64,000 nucleotides of DNA, from the NCBI GenBank assembly GCA_963770835.1, contig CAVYRH010000004.1, positions 128,001-192,000 on the forward strand. Reading direction: 5' to 3'. This DNA comes from an uncultured Pseudomonadota bacterium (lineage in GTDB: Bacteria; Oederibacteriota; Muellerivitia; Muellerivitales; Muellerivitaceae). The notes below the pieces were generated by a model. The model made no database searches, was not told the origin of the DNA, and saw nothing but the letters and a program-made list of their open reading frames with translations. Each line of letters opens with the position of its first letter. The first letter of the stretch is position 1. The position numbers were made by a program, and so were the translations under genes. This document shows, one piece after another, positions 36,617-47,144 of the stretch.

Positions 36617-36702
36617 GCCGCAAATCAGCGCAAATTTACGCAGTTAAGATTGGTTTTTAGAAGGTTTTGTCTCAATAGCGATGATTTGCGTTAATTTGCG
36701 GC
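36617..36702. repeat. Decamer-periodic inverted repeat
   Basis: gccgcaaatcagcgcaaatttacgcag ... gatttgcgttaatttgcggc. Confidence 0.65.
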
Positions 36703-38192
36703 TAAGATTTTTCCCCGGGTTTGGGGGTTTCTTCGGGTTTAGAAGAAGCTTCCACGGCGGCTGGCACCGGGGCGGCTTCGGCTGGAACCGGGAGCGCCGG
36801 TTCGGCGGAAGGATCCCCCGGAGCGCTCCCATTGCCGTCGGTTTTTCCATTCGTCTTGGACTTCGGTTTGTACTGCCGCTTGCGCGGGTAAAAAAGTTTC
36901 TGGGTTTCTTCCTCATAGGCGAAGAGGTTGCCATACTTCGCCCATTGGATGAAGGTATCAAAGGTCTTTTCAAAGTTCTCGTTGGGCAGGTTGAAGATGA
37001 TGACCTCCTGCACCAGGTCGGCGTCCAGTTTGGCCCGGGGGTGCTTGGCCAGCATGTCGTTGACCTGCTTGAAGAGGCGCAACTTTAAAAGCTGTTCCTT
37101 CCAGATGTTCTGCCTTTCCTGGGGTGTGGCTTTCATGAAGCGCTGGCCGTCGGGTGTCAGAACCACCATGCGCTTGGGAGTATCGACGAAATCCAGGAGT
37201 TCGGCGGCCTTCACGGCCTTGAGGACCTCGCCGAATTCCCTTTCGGTTTCGGTGGCGATGCGGAACACATCCTCTTTTCCCTCGCGGGCGTCCAGGTACT
37301 CCAAAATACCGACAATGACGGTGGGGGGGGCGTCGGGAAGGGATTCGGCGGGCGGGACTTCATTGGGTTGGAGAACGGGCTCGGGAGCGTCGGGAATTTC
37401 ATGGCCCGTGATGATTTCATGCAATTGGTCCACCAGCTTGCTGAACTCGGGGGAACGGTAGTCCCGGGGGCGGGAGAGCTTGTTTTCCACGATCTTGACC
37501 ATGTGCCCCGGGTTTGTGCCCAGCACCACGATGCGGTCGGCCATGTAAACCACTTCGGGAATATCGTGGCTCACCATGAGGATGGACGAGGGATTTTTGT
37601 CGTGGGCCGCCCAGATGTCGATGACTTCCGCCCGGAGCGACTCGGCGGTGAGGGCATCCACGTGGCTGAAGGGTTCGTCCATGAAAAGGATCTCGGGGTC
37701 CACCGAAAGGGCGCGGGCCATGCCCACCCGCTGTTTCATCCCGCCGGAAAGCTCCCGGGGATAGGTTTCCTCGAAGCCGGCCAAGCCCACCATTTGGATG
37801 GCCTTTTGGGCGCGGTCGTCGATCTCATTAGCCGGAAAGCCCCGGGACTGCAAGGCGGTCTGAATGTTTTCCGCCACCGTCATCCAGGGGAAGAGGGCAA
37901 AGCTCTGGAAGACGATGGAAACCCCCGTGTTCAGGTCGTGAAGGGGCTGGTCATGGTAGAGAACCTCGCCTTTGGTGGGGGAGATCAGGCCGGCCAGGAT
38001 GCGCAAGAGGGTGGATTTGCCGCAGCCTGAGGGGCCCAGGAGGGCCACCACTTCGCGCTTGTTGATGCAGAGGTTGATGTTCTCCAAAACCTTCAACTCT
38101 TTGCCGTTGGGAAGTTTGAACTCTTGCGAGACGCCTTTGACCTCGCTGAGCTTCAGGTTTTCCGGAGCTTCGGTTTTAATGTCCACCGCCAT
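36702..38192 (-). CDS. NitT/TauT family ABC transporter ATP-binding protein with C-terminal AAA-associated domain
   Basis: Walker A 'GPSGCGKS', signature 'LSGGMKQR', Walker B 'LFMDEPF'. Confidence 0.93.
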   Translation of the reverse strand: MAVDIKTEAPENLKLSEVKGVSQEFKLPNGKELKVLENINLCINKREVVALLGPSGCGKSTLLRILAGLISPTKGEVLYHDQPLHDLNTGVSIVFQSFALFPWMTVAENIQTALQSRGFPANEIDDRAQKAIQMVGLAGFEETYPRELSGGMKQRVGMARALSVDPEILFMDEPFSHVDALTAESLRAEVIDIWAAHDKNPSSILMVSHDIPEVVYMADRIVVLGTNPGHMVKIVENKLSRPRDYRSPEFSKLVDQLHEIITGHEIPDAPEPVLQPNEVPPAESLPDAPPTVIVGILEYLDAREGKEDVFRIATETEREFGEVLKAVKAAELLDFVDTPKRMVVLTPDGQRFMKATPQERQNIWKEQLLKLRLFKQVNDMLAKHPRAKLDADLVQEVIIFNLPNENFEKTFDTFIQWAKYGNLFAYEEETQKLFYPRKRQYKPKSKTNGKTDGNGSAPGDPSAEPALPVPAEAAPVPAAVEASSKPEETPKPGEKS

Positions 38193-38203
38193 CGCTTACC
38201 CCC

Positions 38204-39988
38204 TTATTTGCTTAAAGAATACTTATCCTCGGCCATCCGATAAAGCCTCTTCCAGACCAGCCGGTTAAAGGTCACCACCATCAGGGACATCACCAACACA
38301 CTGGCCGCCAGCATAGGGTAGTCCTCATTCCCCGCGGAAATGCTAATTTGGGAACCCAAACCGAAGGCTGTCAGGGTTTGGTTGCCGTTGGTGATGATTT
38401 CCGCCACGATACTGGCATTCCAAGTGCCCCCTGCCGCAGTCACCATGCCGGTGACCAAATAAGGGAAAATGCCCGGCAGGTAGACTTTCCAGAACCGCTC
38501 CCAGCCCGTGATCCGGTACATCCGGGCCGCCTCCAGGAGGTCGGATGGGATCGCCATGGCCCCCGCGATGACGTTGAACAAAATGTACCATTGGGCTCCC
38601 AAGACCATCAAGGCGATGCTGCCCCATCCAAGAGAGATGCTGAAAAAATTCATGATGAAAATTACATAGGAAAATAGCATGGGCGAGGGAAAGGAAGCGG
38701 CGATTTGAACGAAGGGCTGGGCGATGCGGGAAAGACGCGGCGAAAGGCCGATCCAAAGCCCCACCGGAATGGTCCAAACCGCCGAAACCCCCACGGCCAC
38801 CAGAACCCGAGCCAGGGTAACCAAGGCCTCCTGGACGATGAGTTTCCATTGATCCAGATGCACCCTGCTGAAAAGCTCAATGATTTTCCAGGCCCCAAAC
38901 AGCATCAAGCCCACCAGCGTGATAAATGCCAAAATCGAGAAGATCCTTACCCAGGCCTTGTCGGAGGGCTTGGAGGAGGCCGCCGGCCTGGCGCCGGCCT
39001 TGTCCGCGGGCGGCATGGCCGCGGAGGAAACGGTCTGTTTCGCCTTGAACAGGCCCTGAAAAATTTTGAAAATTTGGGAGCGGTTCAGGAGATCTAAAAA
39101 CCAAGAATGCAGGCCTTCCTCATTTCCGCCCTCCTCCACGCGGAACTTCTGGCCCCAGACCACCAGGGGCCGCCAGAGGAACTGGTCCAGGAAAACAATC
39201 ATGAGGATCATGGCGACGATTCCAAAAAATTTAGCCCAACCGTTATGGTGTTCGTCCGCGTAGCTCATATAGGAACCGAGGCCCGGAAGACGAAAGTCCT
39301 TATCCTTAAATTGGAAAGATTCACAAACGGTGAGGAAAAACCAACCTCCCGCCATACTCATCATGCTGTTCCAAATAAGCCCAATGCCCGAAAAAGGAAT
39401 TTCCAATTTGGTGGCCTTTTGCCACCAGTTAAAGCGGTAGACCGCCGCCGCTTCCAGGAGATATTGGGGGATGGACCTCAGGGACTGGTAAAAACTGAAG
39501 GTCATATTCCAAACCTGACCCGTGAAAATACTGATGACGCACGCCAGCTCCAGGCCGATATTGCTGTTGGGGAAAAGCGCCACCATGGCTAAAAGAAGAC
39601 CGGGTAAGATGGCCAAGACCGGAATGCTCTGTAGAATATCCAGCAGGGGAATGAGGACTTTTTCAGCGATGTGGTCCTTCGCGGCCCAATAACCGTAAGC
39701 GAAGGTAAATAAAAGGGAAAGAATGTAGGCCAGCAAGCCGCGGCAAAGGGAGAAAAAGGTGTATTTGGGTAGGGCCCAGGGCGAAAGATCGATCTCCACG
39801 GCGGCGCGGTGGACTCCCGTCCACTCGCTTGCCACCTTCAAGATGCCGAAGATGAGGCCGATCAAACCCAATAACAGCGAGACATCAATCCACCAGACTT
39901 TTTGATAGCGGGTGATGAAGGCAGTCGCATTTCCCCATACTTTCTTAATGGGGATCGGGGGAACGTTGAGGAGTTTTTTGATTTCCAT
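38204..39988 (-). CDS. NitT/TauT family ABC transporter permease (two TM domains)
   Basis: 'LDILQSIPVL', 'WNSMMSMAGGWFFL', 'GAQWYILFNVIAG', 'GGTWNASIVAE'. Confidence 0.92.
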   Translation of the reverse strand: MEIKKLLNVPPIPIKKVWGNATAFITRYQKVWWIDVSLLLGLIGLIFGILKVASEWTGVHRAAVEIDLSPWALPKYTFFSLCRGLLAYILSLLFTFAYGYWAAKDHIAEKVLIPLLDILQSIPVLAILPGLLLAMVALFPNSNIGLELACVISIFTGQVWNMTFSFYQSLRSIPQYLLEAAAVYRFNWWQKATKLEIPFSGIGLIWNSMMSMAGGWFFLTVCESFQFKDKDFRLPGLGSYMSYADEHHNGWAKFFGIVAMILMIVFLDQFLWRPLVVWGQKFRVEEGGNEEGLHSWFLDLLNRSQIFKIFQGLFKAKQTVSSAAMPPADKAGARPAASSKPSDKAWVRIFSILAFITLVGLMLFGAWKIIELFSRVHLDQWKLIVQEALVTLARVLVAVGVSAVWTIPVGLWIGLSPRLSRIAQPFVQIAASFPSPMLFSYVIFIMNFFSISLGWGSIALMVLGAQWYILFNVIAGAMAIPSDLLEAARMYRITGWERFWKVYLPGIFPYLVTGMVTAAGGTWNASIVAEIITNGNQTLTAFGLGSQISISAGNEDYPMLAASVLVMSLMVVTFNRLVWKRLYRMAEDKYSLSK

Positions 39989-40013
39989 GGGCGAATTCTT
40001 TAGAGGTTTAATT

Positions 40014-40164
40014 TGTCATTGCGAGGAATACCCGACGAATAGGCGGGTGGTAATGACGAAGCAACCTCAGTTTAAATATGCTGTTGTGAAGGATCGACAA
40101 CCAAGGCTAAAACCACCCTTGAACTGGGGTTGCTTCGCCTCAAAATTCGAGGCTCGCAATGACA
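40014..40164. repeat. REP-like palindromic element (GTCATTGCGAG...CTCGCAATGAC class)
   Basis: Terminal tgtcattgcgag/ctcgcaatgaca; inner cgaagcaacctcagtt/aactggggttgcttcg. Confidence 0.75.
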
Positions 40165-40315
40165 GCTATCAATGATTTATTCGAACCGCCGGGAAATCAT
40201 AAGCCGGGGGCGGGGGGGAGGAAAGAAAAAAGTGGCGGAAGGTGAAGGAAAAGGAATAGTGTAGCCAACGGACGGTTGACTGCGAGTTTACCGAAGGTTA
40301 ACAAAAGGGGATTTC

Positions 40316-41245
40316 ATGAAGCGGCTTCTATTCCTGTTTTTACTCTTATGCGGTACGCGGCTTTGGGCGGATTCGACCCCTTCGGCAAACTCAGAGCGGA
40401 CAGGCTCGTCCCCCAGGGATTCAGGATGGAGCTCCGTTGAAAAAATCCTGGGGCGGCCGGGGAAGGATCAGGGGCAGGGGCTTCAGGTTCTTTTCCCCCG
40501 TACGGATTTAAACGTGGTGGTCCAGGGTTTTCCCCTGGATTCGGCCAATGTGCTGGTGAGCCGGCTCCTCTTCCAATCCGCGCCCCCAGGCAAGCCCCAG
40601 AAGGCCCGAATGGAGGGGCGGGTTTACCTGTTGGACTCGGAGGTCCCCCAAACCATGGCCCAGGCCGCCCGGGGCGGCCTGGAAATCACGGCCCTTTATG
40701 GGCCTTTCTTGGAGGAATCCCCGGCCTTGAAATGCCTGCGCCTGAGGGGGGTAGGGTCCCGGTCCAGCCTGGCCTGGGCGGCTCAAATGGTTCTTTCCAC
40801 CACCGGAACGCCGATGGACCCACCAGCCAAGAATGTAACACCAGTGGGGTCTCCAACGGCCTCGGCGACTGCTTCCGCGAATCAAGATACCTGGGAAGAT
40901 GTCCAAGACGTCTTAGGACAGGGTGAGCAGAAAGGGTTGACCCTTATGTATAAGTGGGAAGGGAAAGACCGGGACGCCTCCCTTGCCTTCCAAAACCATG
41001 GAAAAGACACCACGGTCTTCGGGGAATTTTCCGTTCCTGAAGAAGAATCTAAGGCGCTGGTGGAGGTCTTCCTCCAGCGGCATATCGTGGTGACATCCCG
41101 GTTTACGGAAGATTCCACCGAACCCCCGCGAAGCTTCGTCGACTTTTGGGCGGTGGGGGATGGAAAGAAACTGGCGGAGGATTTGAAGGAAATTTTACCC
41201 CAAGAAGAAGTGGTTAACCCTGATTCATTATTGGCGAATCCCTAG
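40316..41245 (+). CDS. Exported DUF1259 (LppY/LpqO)-like protein
   Basis: Signal peptide; two repeated domains ('VEKILGRPG...FPRTDL', 'GLEITAL', 'FWAVGDGKKLA'); the family's usual His residues are not evident. Confidence 0.65.
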   Translation: MKRLLFLFLLLCGTRLWADSTPSANSERTGSSPRDSGWSSVEKILGRPGKDQGQGLQVLFPRTDLNVVVQGFPLDSANVLVSRLLFQSAPPGKPQKARMEGRVYLLDSEVPQTMAQAARGGLEITALYGPFLEESPALKCLRLRGVGSRSSLAWAAQMVLSTTGTPMDPPAKNVTPVGSPTASATASANQDTWEDVQDVLGQGEQKGLTLMYKWEGKDRDASLAFQNHGKDTTVFGEFSVPEEESKALVEVFLQRHIVVTSRFTEDSTEPPRSFVDFWAVGDGKKLAEDLKEILPQEEVVNPDSLLANP

Positions 41246-41258
41246 TGCTTTTAGGCTG

Positions 41259-42083
41259 TCAGTGAAGGGGATTCAACACTGCCTGTAGAAATTCCGAAAC
41301 GGCTTGGATCGTGCCCCGGGTCATTTTATGCCCGATGGGAAATCCTTTTGAAATGGGGCGATAACCCGCCCGCCTTAAAGCCTCGAGGGTCGCCTGGACC
41401 ATCTCTTCCTGGACGATTGGGTCCAGTATCCCGTGCACCACGAGGATGGGCGTTCTGCGGGAAGCCGCCGGATGGGCCAGGGTTTTCTCCGGTTCCCCTA
41501 TATAACCGTTCATCGAAACGACCGCCGCGATGTTTCCTTTGTAGTTCACCCCCGCCTCCAAGGACATCACGGCGCCTTGGGAAAACCCCATGATGACCAC
41601 GGGCCTTCCAGTTCCCCCAGGGTTCGTTTGAACGGGAGCTTGGAGGGGAACATCTGAATCCGAAGAGATTGAATATTGCTTGGAAAAGTAATCCATGACC
41701 GCGAAAAGATAGTCCCGGCTTCTTTCGATATCCTTACGGCTGTGGGTCACGCGGTTGTACCAGGCATGGGTGAAGGAAGAGTATGGAGTCGTAGGAAAAG
41801 GGCCATCCGGCAGGACGATCAAGCAGGGGGGAAGCTGGAATTCCCCGCTAATGCCCAACATCTCGTCGCCGTTGGTCCCGTAGCCGTGCAGGATCAGGAC
41901 GACCGGAGCATCCGGTGGAAGGTCCTTGGGAGCCACCACCAGGCAACGGTGACCCTGAACGTACTCCGTGGAATAGGGAGCTTGGGCCCCGGCGGTTCCG
42001 GTCCCCAAAAGGATTCCCAAAGCCACAAAGGCAATTCGAACAAAGTTTAATGTGTTGAAGACATTTTTCCTAAACCGAATCAA
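41259..42083 (-). CDS. Exported phospholipase/carboxylesterase (alpha/beta hydrolase)
   Basis: 'ILHGYG', nucleophile 'GFSQG', 'HGILDPIV', 'GH'. Confidence 0.9.
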   Translation of the reverse strand: MIRFRKNVFNTLNFVRIAFVALGILLGTGTAGAQAPYSTEYVQGHRCLVVAPKDLPPDAPVVLILHGYGTNGDEMLGISGEFQLPPCLIVLPDGPFPTTPYSSFTHAWYNRVTHSRKDIERSRDYLFAVMDYFSKQYSISSDSDVPLQAPVQTNPGGTGRPVVIMGFSQGAVMSLEAGVNYKGNIAAVVSMNGYIGEPEKTLAHPAASRRTPILVVHGILDPIVQEEMVQATLEALRRAGYRPISKGFPIGHKMTRGTIQAVSEFLQAVLNPLH

Positions 42084-44191
42084 CGTTTTTTCCCTCGATT
42101 CCCAAAGTTATAAACGAACCCCGGAATAATCCTCAAAAACCCCGCTGAAAAACCCGCGAGGGCGAGAAGAGTGATGAAAAGCCCCAGGCGGAAGGTGGCG
42201 GGTTCATAGCGGAAATCCGCCTGCTGACCGCCTGATTCCACAGCCACGGCCATGAAAAGGCCGTAAGCCCTCAAAATGGGCGTGGGTTTTCCATCCACCC
42301 AGGCGTGCCATCCTGGTGCGTAGCTTTCATTAAATACCACATAACCCGGTGCCGGTGAATCGGTGAAAGCGAAGATCCAGTTTCCGGAGGGACGGTAAAT
42401 ATCCTTTGTCGGCCGAAGGGCCAGCAGCCGTGAAACCGGGGAAAGCTGAACGAGAGTTCTATCGGAATTCCTCTCCAAATAAATTTTCTCCCGCCATTGG
42501 CTGTTGGGCTGCGCCAGGACGTTGAGAAGGGAAGGGCGGTCGGGAAATTCCGCAGTTCCAGGAACCCGGCGCATATCCACGGAAGCTTGAGAATCCAGGG
42601 AGAGGAAATTTTTCCCTATTTTCCCAGCCAATCGGTATTTGGGGGCAGGAAGGGGCTGTGGCAGGAGAAAGGCGCGCACCCCGGCGATCTCCAAGAGGTC
42701 ACCCGAATAGGGGAATCCCAAGTTTAAGTAACGCATGGTGTCCTTCAAGTTCTCCGTCTGGAGGGAAAAATAACCGGTCACCGTTCTTAAGCCCCAAACC
42801 ATGTTGGTGTTGGGCAGGAGATTATCCGGGAAAACCCGGGACAGCCTTTCCTTCATTTCATCGTCCGTTTTTTCACCCGCCACGGACATGAAGAGGGAAG
42901 TTTGCAGGGCCAATAGTCTTTCTCCGTCGGCTTCCTTCTGGATTTCCCCCACTTGCCGCTGGAGGATCGGGTCCCGGTAAGGGTTCGGAATCCGGTCGGT
43001 CAGGCGGAAGGGTAACACCAATAGGTCCACAAGCCACAGGGCGGCGAGGACCCAAACCCAGGAGGTCTTTTTTATTCCTTCCGCGGATGGGTCCGCCGGG
43101 TTCCCCAGGAAACGGCAAAGGGAGGTACAAGCGGCGAAAAGAAAAAGCCCCACCGCTTTGGAAGGTTCCAGGAGGTTAAAGGCCGTGGCCGGTATGAGCT
43201 TCCACAAGAAAAGGGAGGGCCCGGCCATCCACACGAGCAGCAGAAGCGACAAGGGCCCCCAAAACCCGGCGCGGGTTCTTTTAAACACAAGGGATGCCAT
43301 CCAAACCAGGCATGGGATGAGGCCGAAGTAAAGGTCGCCGAAGAGGGAGTTGGTGGAATCACTCCGGTAGTCGGAAGCGCCTGGAACCCCCAAGAACGTG
43401 GGATGAAAGAGGGTCAGGTATTCCCAAGGATGGGTGTAATAGGGGAACAGGTTCCAATGGTCGTGGGTGGTGTAGGTTAAAAATTCAAAAAAAGGAAACC
43501 ACTGAAGGGATGTCAAAAGAAGCGAAGCTCCCAAGAGAATCACCACCCGGCCGATGACAGACGCTAAAGGGTGCTCCAAAGCCATCCAAAACAAAAGAAC
43601 AACCCAGGTGTAAAAGACAAAGGTGGGATATCCAGCCAAGAGTTGGAGGCTCAAGACGGCCACCGCCAGCAAGGATTCCTTCAGCCTTCGATGTTGGAGG
43701 GCCTGGTGGACGGACAGGAAAACCCAGGGGATCCAGCTTGCGGTGGCGATGAAAGGGAGGTTGATCCAACAACGGATGAAATGGGCCGAACCCGCGAAGG
43801 AAAGGGCGCCCAAGGCCGCGACCCACCCCCCGCTTTTCTGGGACCGGGCCCAAAAAAAGAATCCCACGTAGGCCCAGGCCTCGTGCAAGAGCGCGAGCCA
43901 AACCAGCCCATGGGGAAGGCCCAGGGTGTTTAAAAGCCAATAAGGCGGGTAAAAAAAGGCCGACTGCCAATTGGCCAGGTGGGGTATGCCGCAGCTGAGA
44001 TAAGGGTTCCAGAGGGGGATTAGCCCTGCCCGGAGACTTTCCAGGTTAAAGGCCCTCTCCGGATAGACGTAAGCCAGGATGTCATTGTGAAAGGGAAGCC
44101 GGTTCCCCAGCCAAAGGGCGGAGGCGGCCAGGGTTAACAAATAAAGTCCGGGCATCCATTTAGAGGAGAGGGGAAAAGGATACTTAACCAA
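42080..44191 (-). CDS. YfhO family membrane protein (GT-C)
   Basis: 'PLWNPYLSCGIP', 'FYPP', C-terminal 'ESYAPGWHAWVDGKP...FRYEP'. Confidence 0.88.
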   Translation of the reverse strand: MVKYPFPLSSKWMPGLYLLTLAASALWLGNRLPFHNDILAYVYPERAFNLESLRAGLIPLWNPYLSCGIPHLANWQSAFFYPPYWLLNTLGLPHGLVWLALLHEAWAYVGFFFWARSQKSGGWVAALGALSFAGSAHFIRCWINLPFIATASWIPWVFLSVHQALQHRRLKESLLAVAVLSLQLLAGYPTFVFYTWVVLLFWMALEHPLASVIGRVVILLGASLLLTSLQWFPFFEFLTYTTHDHWNLFPYYTHPWEYLTLFHPTFLGVPGASDYRSDSTNSLFGDLYFGLIPCLVWMASLVFKRTRAGFWGPLSLLLLVWMAGPSLFLWKLIPATAFNLLEPSKAVGLFLFAACTSLCRFLGNPADPSAEGIKKTSWVWVLAALWLVDLLVLPFRLTDRIPNPYRDPILQRQVGEIQKEADGERLLALQTSLFMSVAGEKTDDEMKERLSRVFPDNLLPNTNMVWGLRTVTGYFSLQTENLKDTMRYLNLGFPYSGDLLEIAGVRAFLLPQPLPAPKYRLAGKIGKNFLSLDSQASVDMRRVPGTAEFPDRPSLLNVLAQPNSQWREKIYLERNSDRTLVQLSPVSRLLALRPTKDIYRPSGNWIFAFTDSPAPGYVVFNESYAPGWHAWVDGKPTPILRAYGLFMAVAVESGGQQADFRYEPATFRLGLFITLLALAGFSAGFLRIIPGFVYNFGNRGKKR

Positions 44192-44366
44192 TTGTATTTA
44201 TCCCCTGGGAGCATGAAAAATAGCCGGGGAAACAACGTTCCGGGCTTGAAAGCCGGGATGGAGCCCCGATCGATCAGAAACCATTATAACGGGTGGGCAT
44301 CTTTTTGACCGGGGGTCCATGCTAGAATACGCCCCCTGTCGGGCAAACTTTACGAGGAGGCGGGTC

Positions 44367-45809
44367 ATGGCGGCTACAGCGGAACAAGTGAAGCAAGCGG
44401 ATTTCGGGGTGCTGGGGATCGCGGTAATGGGTGAGAACCTGGCCATGAATATCGAGGACCACGGCTTTTCGGTGGCCGTCTGCAACCTCCGGAGCGACCG
44501 GGTGACGCCCTTCATGAAGCGTAACGCGGGAAAGAAATTCGTCGGCGCCCATACCCTGGAGGACTTCGTGAAGGCCCTGAAGCCGCCCCGCCGCGTCATG
44601 CTGATGGTCAAGGCCGGGGACCCGGTGGATGACGCCATCAAACTGTTGAAGCCCCTCCTGTCCAAGGGCGACATCATCATCGACGGCGGCAATTCCTGGT
44701 TCAAGGACACCCAGCGCCGGGAAGCCGAACTGACCAAGGAAGGTTTTTACTTTTTCGGCGCCGGAGTCTCGGGCGGCGAGGAAGGGGCCCGCTTCGGACC
44801 CTCCATCATGCCGGGCGGAAGCCCCCAGGCCTACGAGTTCGTGCGGCCGGTTTTCGAGGCCATCTCCGCCAAGACCGAGTCGGGCCCCTGCGTCACCCAT
44901 TGCGGCCCGGACGGGGCCGGCCATTTCGTGAAGATGGTGCACAACGGCATCGAGTACGGCGATATGCAATTGATCGCCGAGGCCTACGATATCCTGCGCA
45001 AAGTGCTCGGACTTTCCGCCGCCGAGTTGGCGGATATCTTCAATGGGTGGAATAAAGGGATCCTGGATTCCTTCCTCATTGAACTCACCGCCAAGGTTTT
45101 CACCGTCAAGGACGACGAGACGGGCAAGCCCCTAGTGGACATGATCCTGGACAAGGCGGGCCAAAAAGGAACGGGCAAGTGGACCGCCCAAATCGCGCTG
45201 GACTTGGGAATCCAAATCCCCACCATTGTCGCGGCTTTGGATGGGCGCGGCATGTCGAGCATTAAGGAAGAAAGGGTGGAGGTCAGCAAGCAAATCAAGG
45301 GTCCCACCATCTCCTATAAAGAAGATAAGAAGCAACTCATCGACGCCGTACGGGACGCACTTTACGATTCCAAGGTTTGCTCCTACACCCAGGGGATGAG
45401 GCTTATCAAGGCCGCCTCGGATGAGTACAAATGGGGCGTAAATTTGAAGGAAATGGCCCGCATTTGGAAGGGCGGGTGCATCATCCGGGCTAAACTCCTG
45501 GATGAGATCATGCAGGCTTACGGCCGTAACCCCAATCTGCAGTCCCTTTTGTTGGATGAGTCCTTTAAAAAGCGCATCGAATCCACACAAAGCAATTGGC
45601 GCAAGGCGGTTTCGGTGGCGGTGGCCAACGGCATCCCGGTGCCAGCCATGGGGGCCAGTCTGTCGTACTTTGATTCCTACCGTACGGCGGACCTGCCGCA
45701 AAACCTGACCCAGGCCCAGCGGGATTTCTTCGGGGCCCATACCTACCAAAGGGTCGACCATCCGGAGCGAGGATTCCTCCATACCGATTGGCTGTCAAAA
45801 ACGAAGTAA
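44367..45809 (+). CDS. gndA: 6-phosphogluconate dehydrogenase, decarboxylating
   Basis: 'GIAVMGENLA', 'GVSGGEEGA', 'KMVHNGIEYGDMQ', 'QAQRDFFGAH'; AGGAGG RBS. Confidence 0.97.
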   Translation: MAATAEQVKQADFGVLGIAVMGENLAMNIEDHGFSVAVCNLRSDRVTPFMKRNAGKKFVGAHTLEDFVKALKPPRRVMLMVKAGDPVDDAIKLLKPLLSKGDIIIDGGNSWFKDTQRREAELTKEGFYFFGAGVSGGEEGARFGPSIMPGGSPQAYEFVRPVFEAISAKTESGPCVTHCGPDGAGHFVKMVHNGIEYGDMQLIAEAYDILRKVLGLSAAELADIFNGWNKGILDSFLIELTAKVFTVKDDETGKPLVDMILDKAGQKGTGKWTAQIALDLGIQIPTIVAALDGRGMSSIKEERVEVSKQIKGPTISYKEDKKQLIDAVRDALYDSKVCSYTQGMRLIKAASDEYKWGVNLKEMARIWKGGCIIRAKLLDEIMQAYGRNPNLQSLLLDESFKKRIESTQSNWRKAVSVAVANGIPVPAMGASLSYFDSYRTADLPQNLTQAQRDFFGAHTYQRVDHPERGFLHTDWLSKTK

Positions 45810-45879
45810 TTTCAGCGAAACCTTGTCCTCCACCCCCTCGTCTAAAGAGGGTGGGACAAACACCACTAAGGAGGAGAGA

Positions 45880-46446
45880 ATGAACTTTAAAGCTTTGATG
45901 TTGGGTTTAGTCTTGGCGGCCTTGGCTTTTGGCCAAGCTTCGGCCCAGAGCTTCGATTTGGGAGTAGAAGCGGGAGCGAACTTCTCAAATTTCATCGGAA
46001 GCGCAGCCCCCAGCGGGAACTTCAACAGCGACAAGCTGGGATTCGTGGGTGGCGGGTTTTTGTGCCTGAATTTCGGGAGTTCCTTTGGAATCCGTCCCGA
46101 GGTTCTTTACGAGCAAAAGGGCAACCAGATTTCAGGGACTAGCACCACCACTGAACTGGATTACATCGAAATACCGGTGCTTTTGAAGCTTTCCCTGGGA
46201 ACGCCGGTTTTCAACCCGTCGATTCTTTTGGGCCCTTCCTTTTCGTGGAATTTGCTGGCCCAAGGCGGCGGGGTTAATATCAACGGCGTCAACAGCTCCG
46301 ATACGGGGTTGGTCGGCGGAGTGGAATTTGATTTCAGCAAGTTCCTCATATCCGGCCGGTACGAATTGGGATTGGATAATGTGAAGAGCGATTCCAACGT
46401 CCAAAACGGAACCCTTACATTCCTGATCGGTTATAATTTCATGTAA
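45880..46446 (+). CDS. Outer-membrane beta-barrel, PorT/OMP_b-brl_2-like
   Basis: Signal peptide 'ASA|Q'; 'GVEAGANFS', 'PEVLYEQKG', 'LDYIEIPVLLK', 'RYELGL', terminal 'GYNF'. Confidence 0.85.
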   Translation: MNFKALMLGLVLAALAFGQASAQSFDLGVEAGANFSNFIGSAAPSGNFNSDKLGFVGGGFLCLNFGSSFGIRPEVLYEQKGNQISGTSTTTELDYIEIPVLLKLSLGTPVFNPSILLGPSFSWNLLAQGGGVNINGVNSSDTGLVGGVEFDFSKFLISGRYELGLDNVKSDSNVQNGTLTFLIGYNFM

Positions 46447-46473
46447 CTGGTGGTTTAGATGAGCAGGACCATG

Positions 46474-46506
46474 ACAAAAGGCCCGGGAGGTTCCCGGGCC
46501 TTTTGT
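46474..46506 (+). terminator. Rho-independent terminator
   Basis: acaaaaggcccggga-ggt-tcccgggccttttgt. Confidence 0.85.
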
Positions 46507-46552
46507 ATTTGTGGCTATTGCTGGTATTCCAGCTTTCAAGGGCTCCCAGGGC

Positions 46553-46682
46553 TTGTGAAATCTTTCACACCCTCATTTGTCAAACGCTCCGTTAAGGGCA
46601 AAAAACGGCAAATTTAGGAACTCGAAAAGCCTAGTTTGTGAAATGTTTCACATTGATTCTTCCATCTAAAAGTCCTTATAAT
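46553..46682 (+). promoter_or_regulatory. nuo promoter with two Rex-like (or CRP-like) operators
   Basis: TTGTGAA-atct-TTCACAC (46553-46570); TTGTGAA-atgt-TTCACAT (46636-46653); TTGATT-18-TATAAT (46653-46682). Confidence 0.75.
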
Positions 46683-46766
46683 CCAGCCAATTCCACCCTT
46701 TCTCCTCCTGCAATCCTCTCCAAAATCCTGAAAAGGTGGCATTAAACCTCCCACCGGGGCCAGCAC

Positions 46767-47144
46767 ATGAATTTTGAAATGATTCAAAATCTTTTGCCTT
46801 TAGCCCTGGCCTTCGTACTGGCTCTCGCGGTACCGGCGGCCATGTTTATCCTGTCGGCTTTCCTGGGACCCCGCCGCGACAACGAGGCGAAACTTTCCTC
46901 GTATGAGTGCGGCATCCAGGCCGAGGCGGTTTCGGGCGACGCCCGCCACCATTTCAACGTGAAGTTCTACCTGATCGCCATGTGCTTCCTGGTCTTCGAC
47001 GTGGAGGTTGTTTTCCTTTTACCATGGGCCGTATTGTTCCAGAAGATGGCCTGGGGAGGGTTCTTTTCCATGCTGGCCTTCCTGGGTGTCCTGGCTTTCG
47101 GCTGGTTTTACCTCTTGAAAAGGGGGGCACTGGAATGGGAATGA
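46767..47144 (+). CDS. nuoA: NADH-quinone oxidoreductase subunit A
   Basis: 'YECG', '[15 protein letters not shown]', 'GALEWE'. Confidence 0.96.
   Translation: MNFEMIQNLLPLALAFVLALAVPAAMFILSAFLGPRRDNEAKLSSYECGIQAEAVSGDARHHFNVKFYLIAMCFLVFDVEVVFLLPWAVLFQKMAWGGFFSMLAFLGVLAFGWFYLLKRGALEWE

Noticed and set aside
45880..46446. Calling this a bona fide T9SS porT and the window a complete T9SS
   Set aside because: The barrel family is widespread, and no porKLMN or sprA genes are in the window
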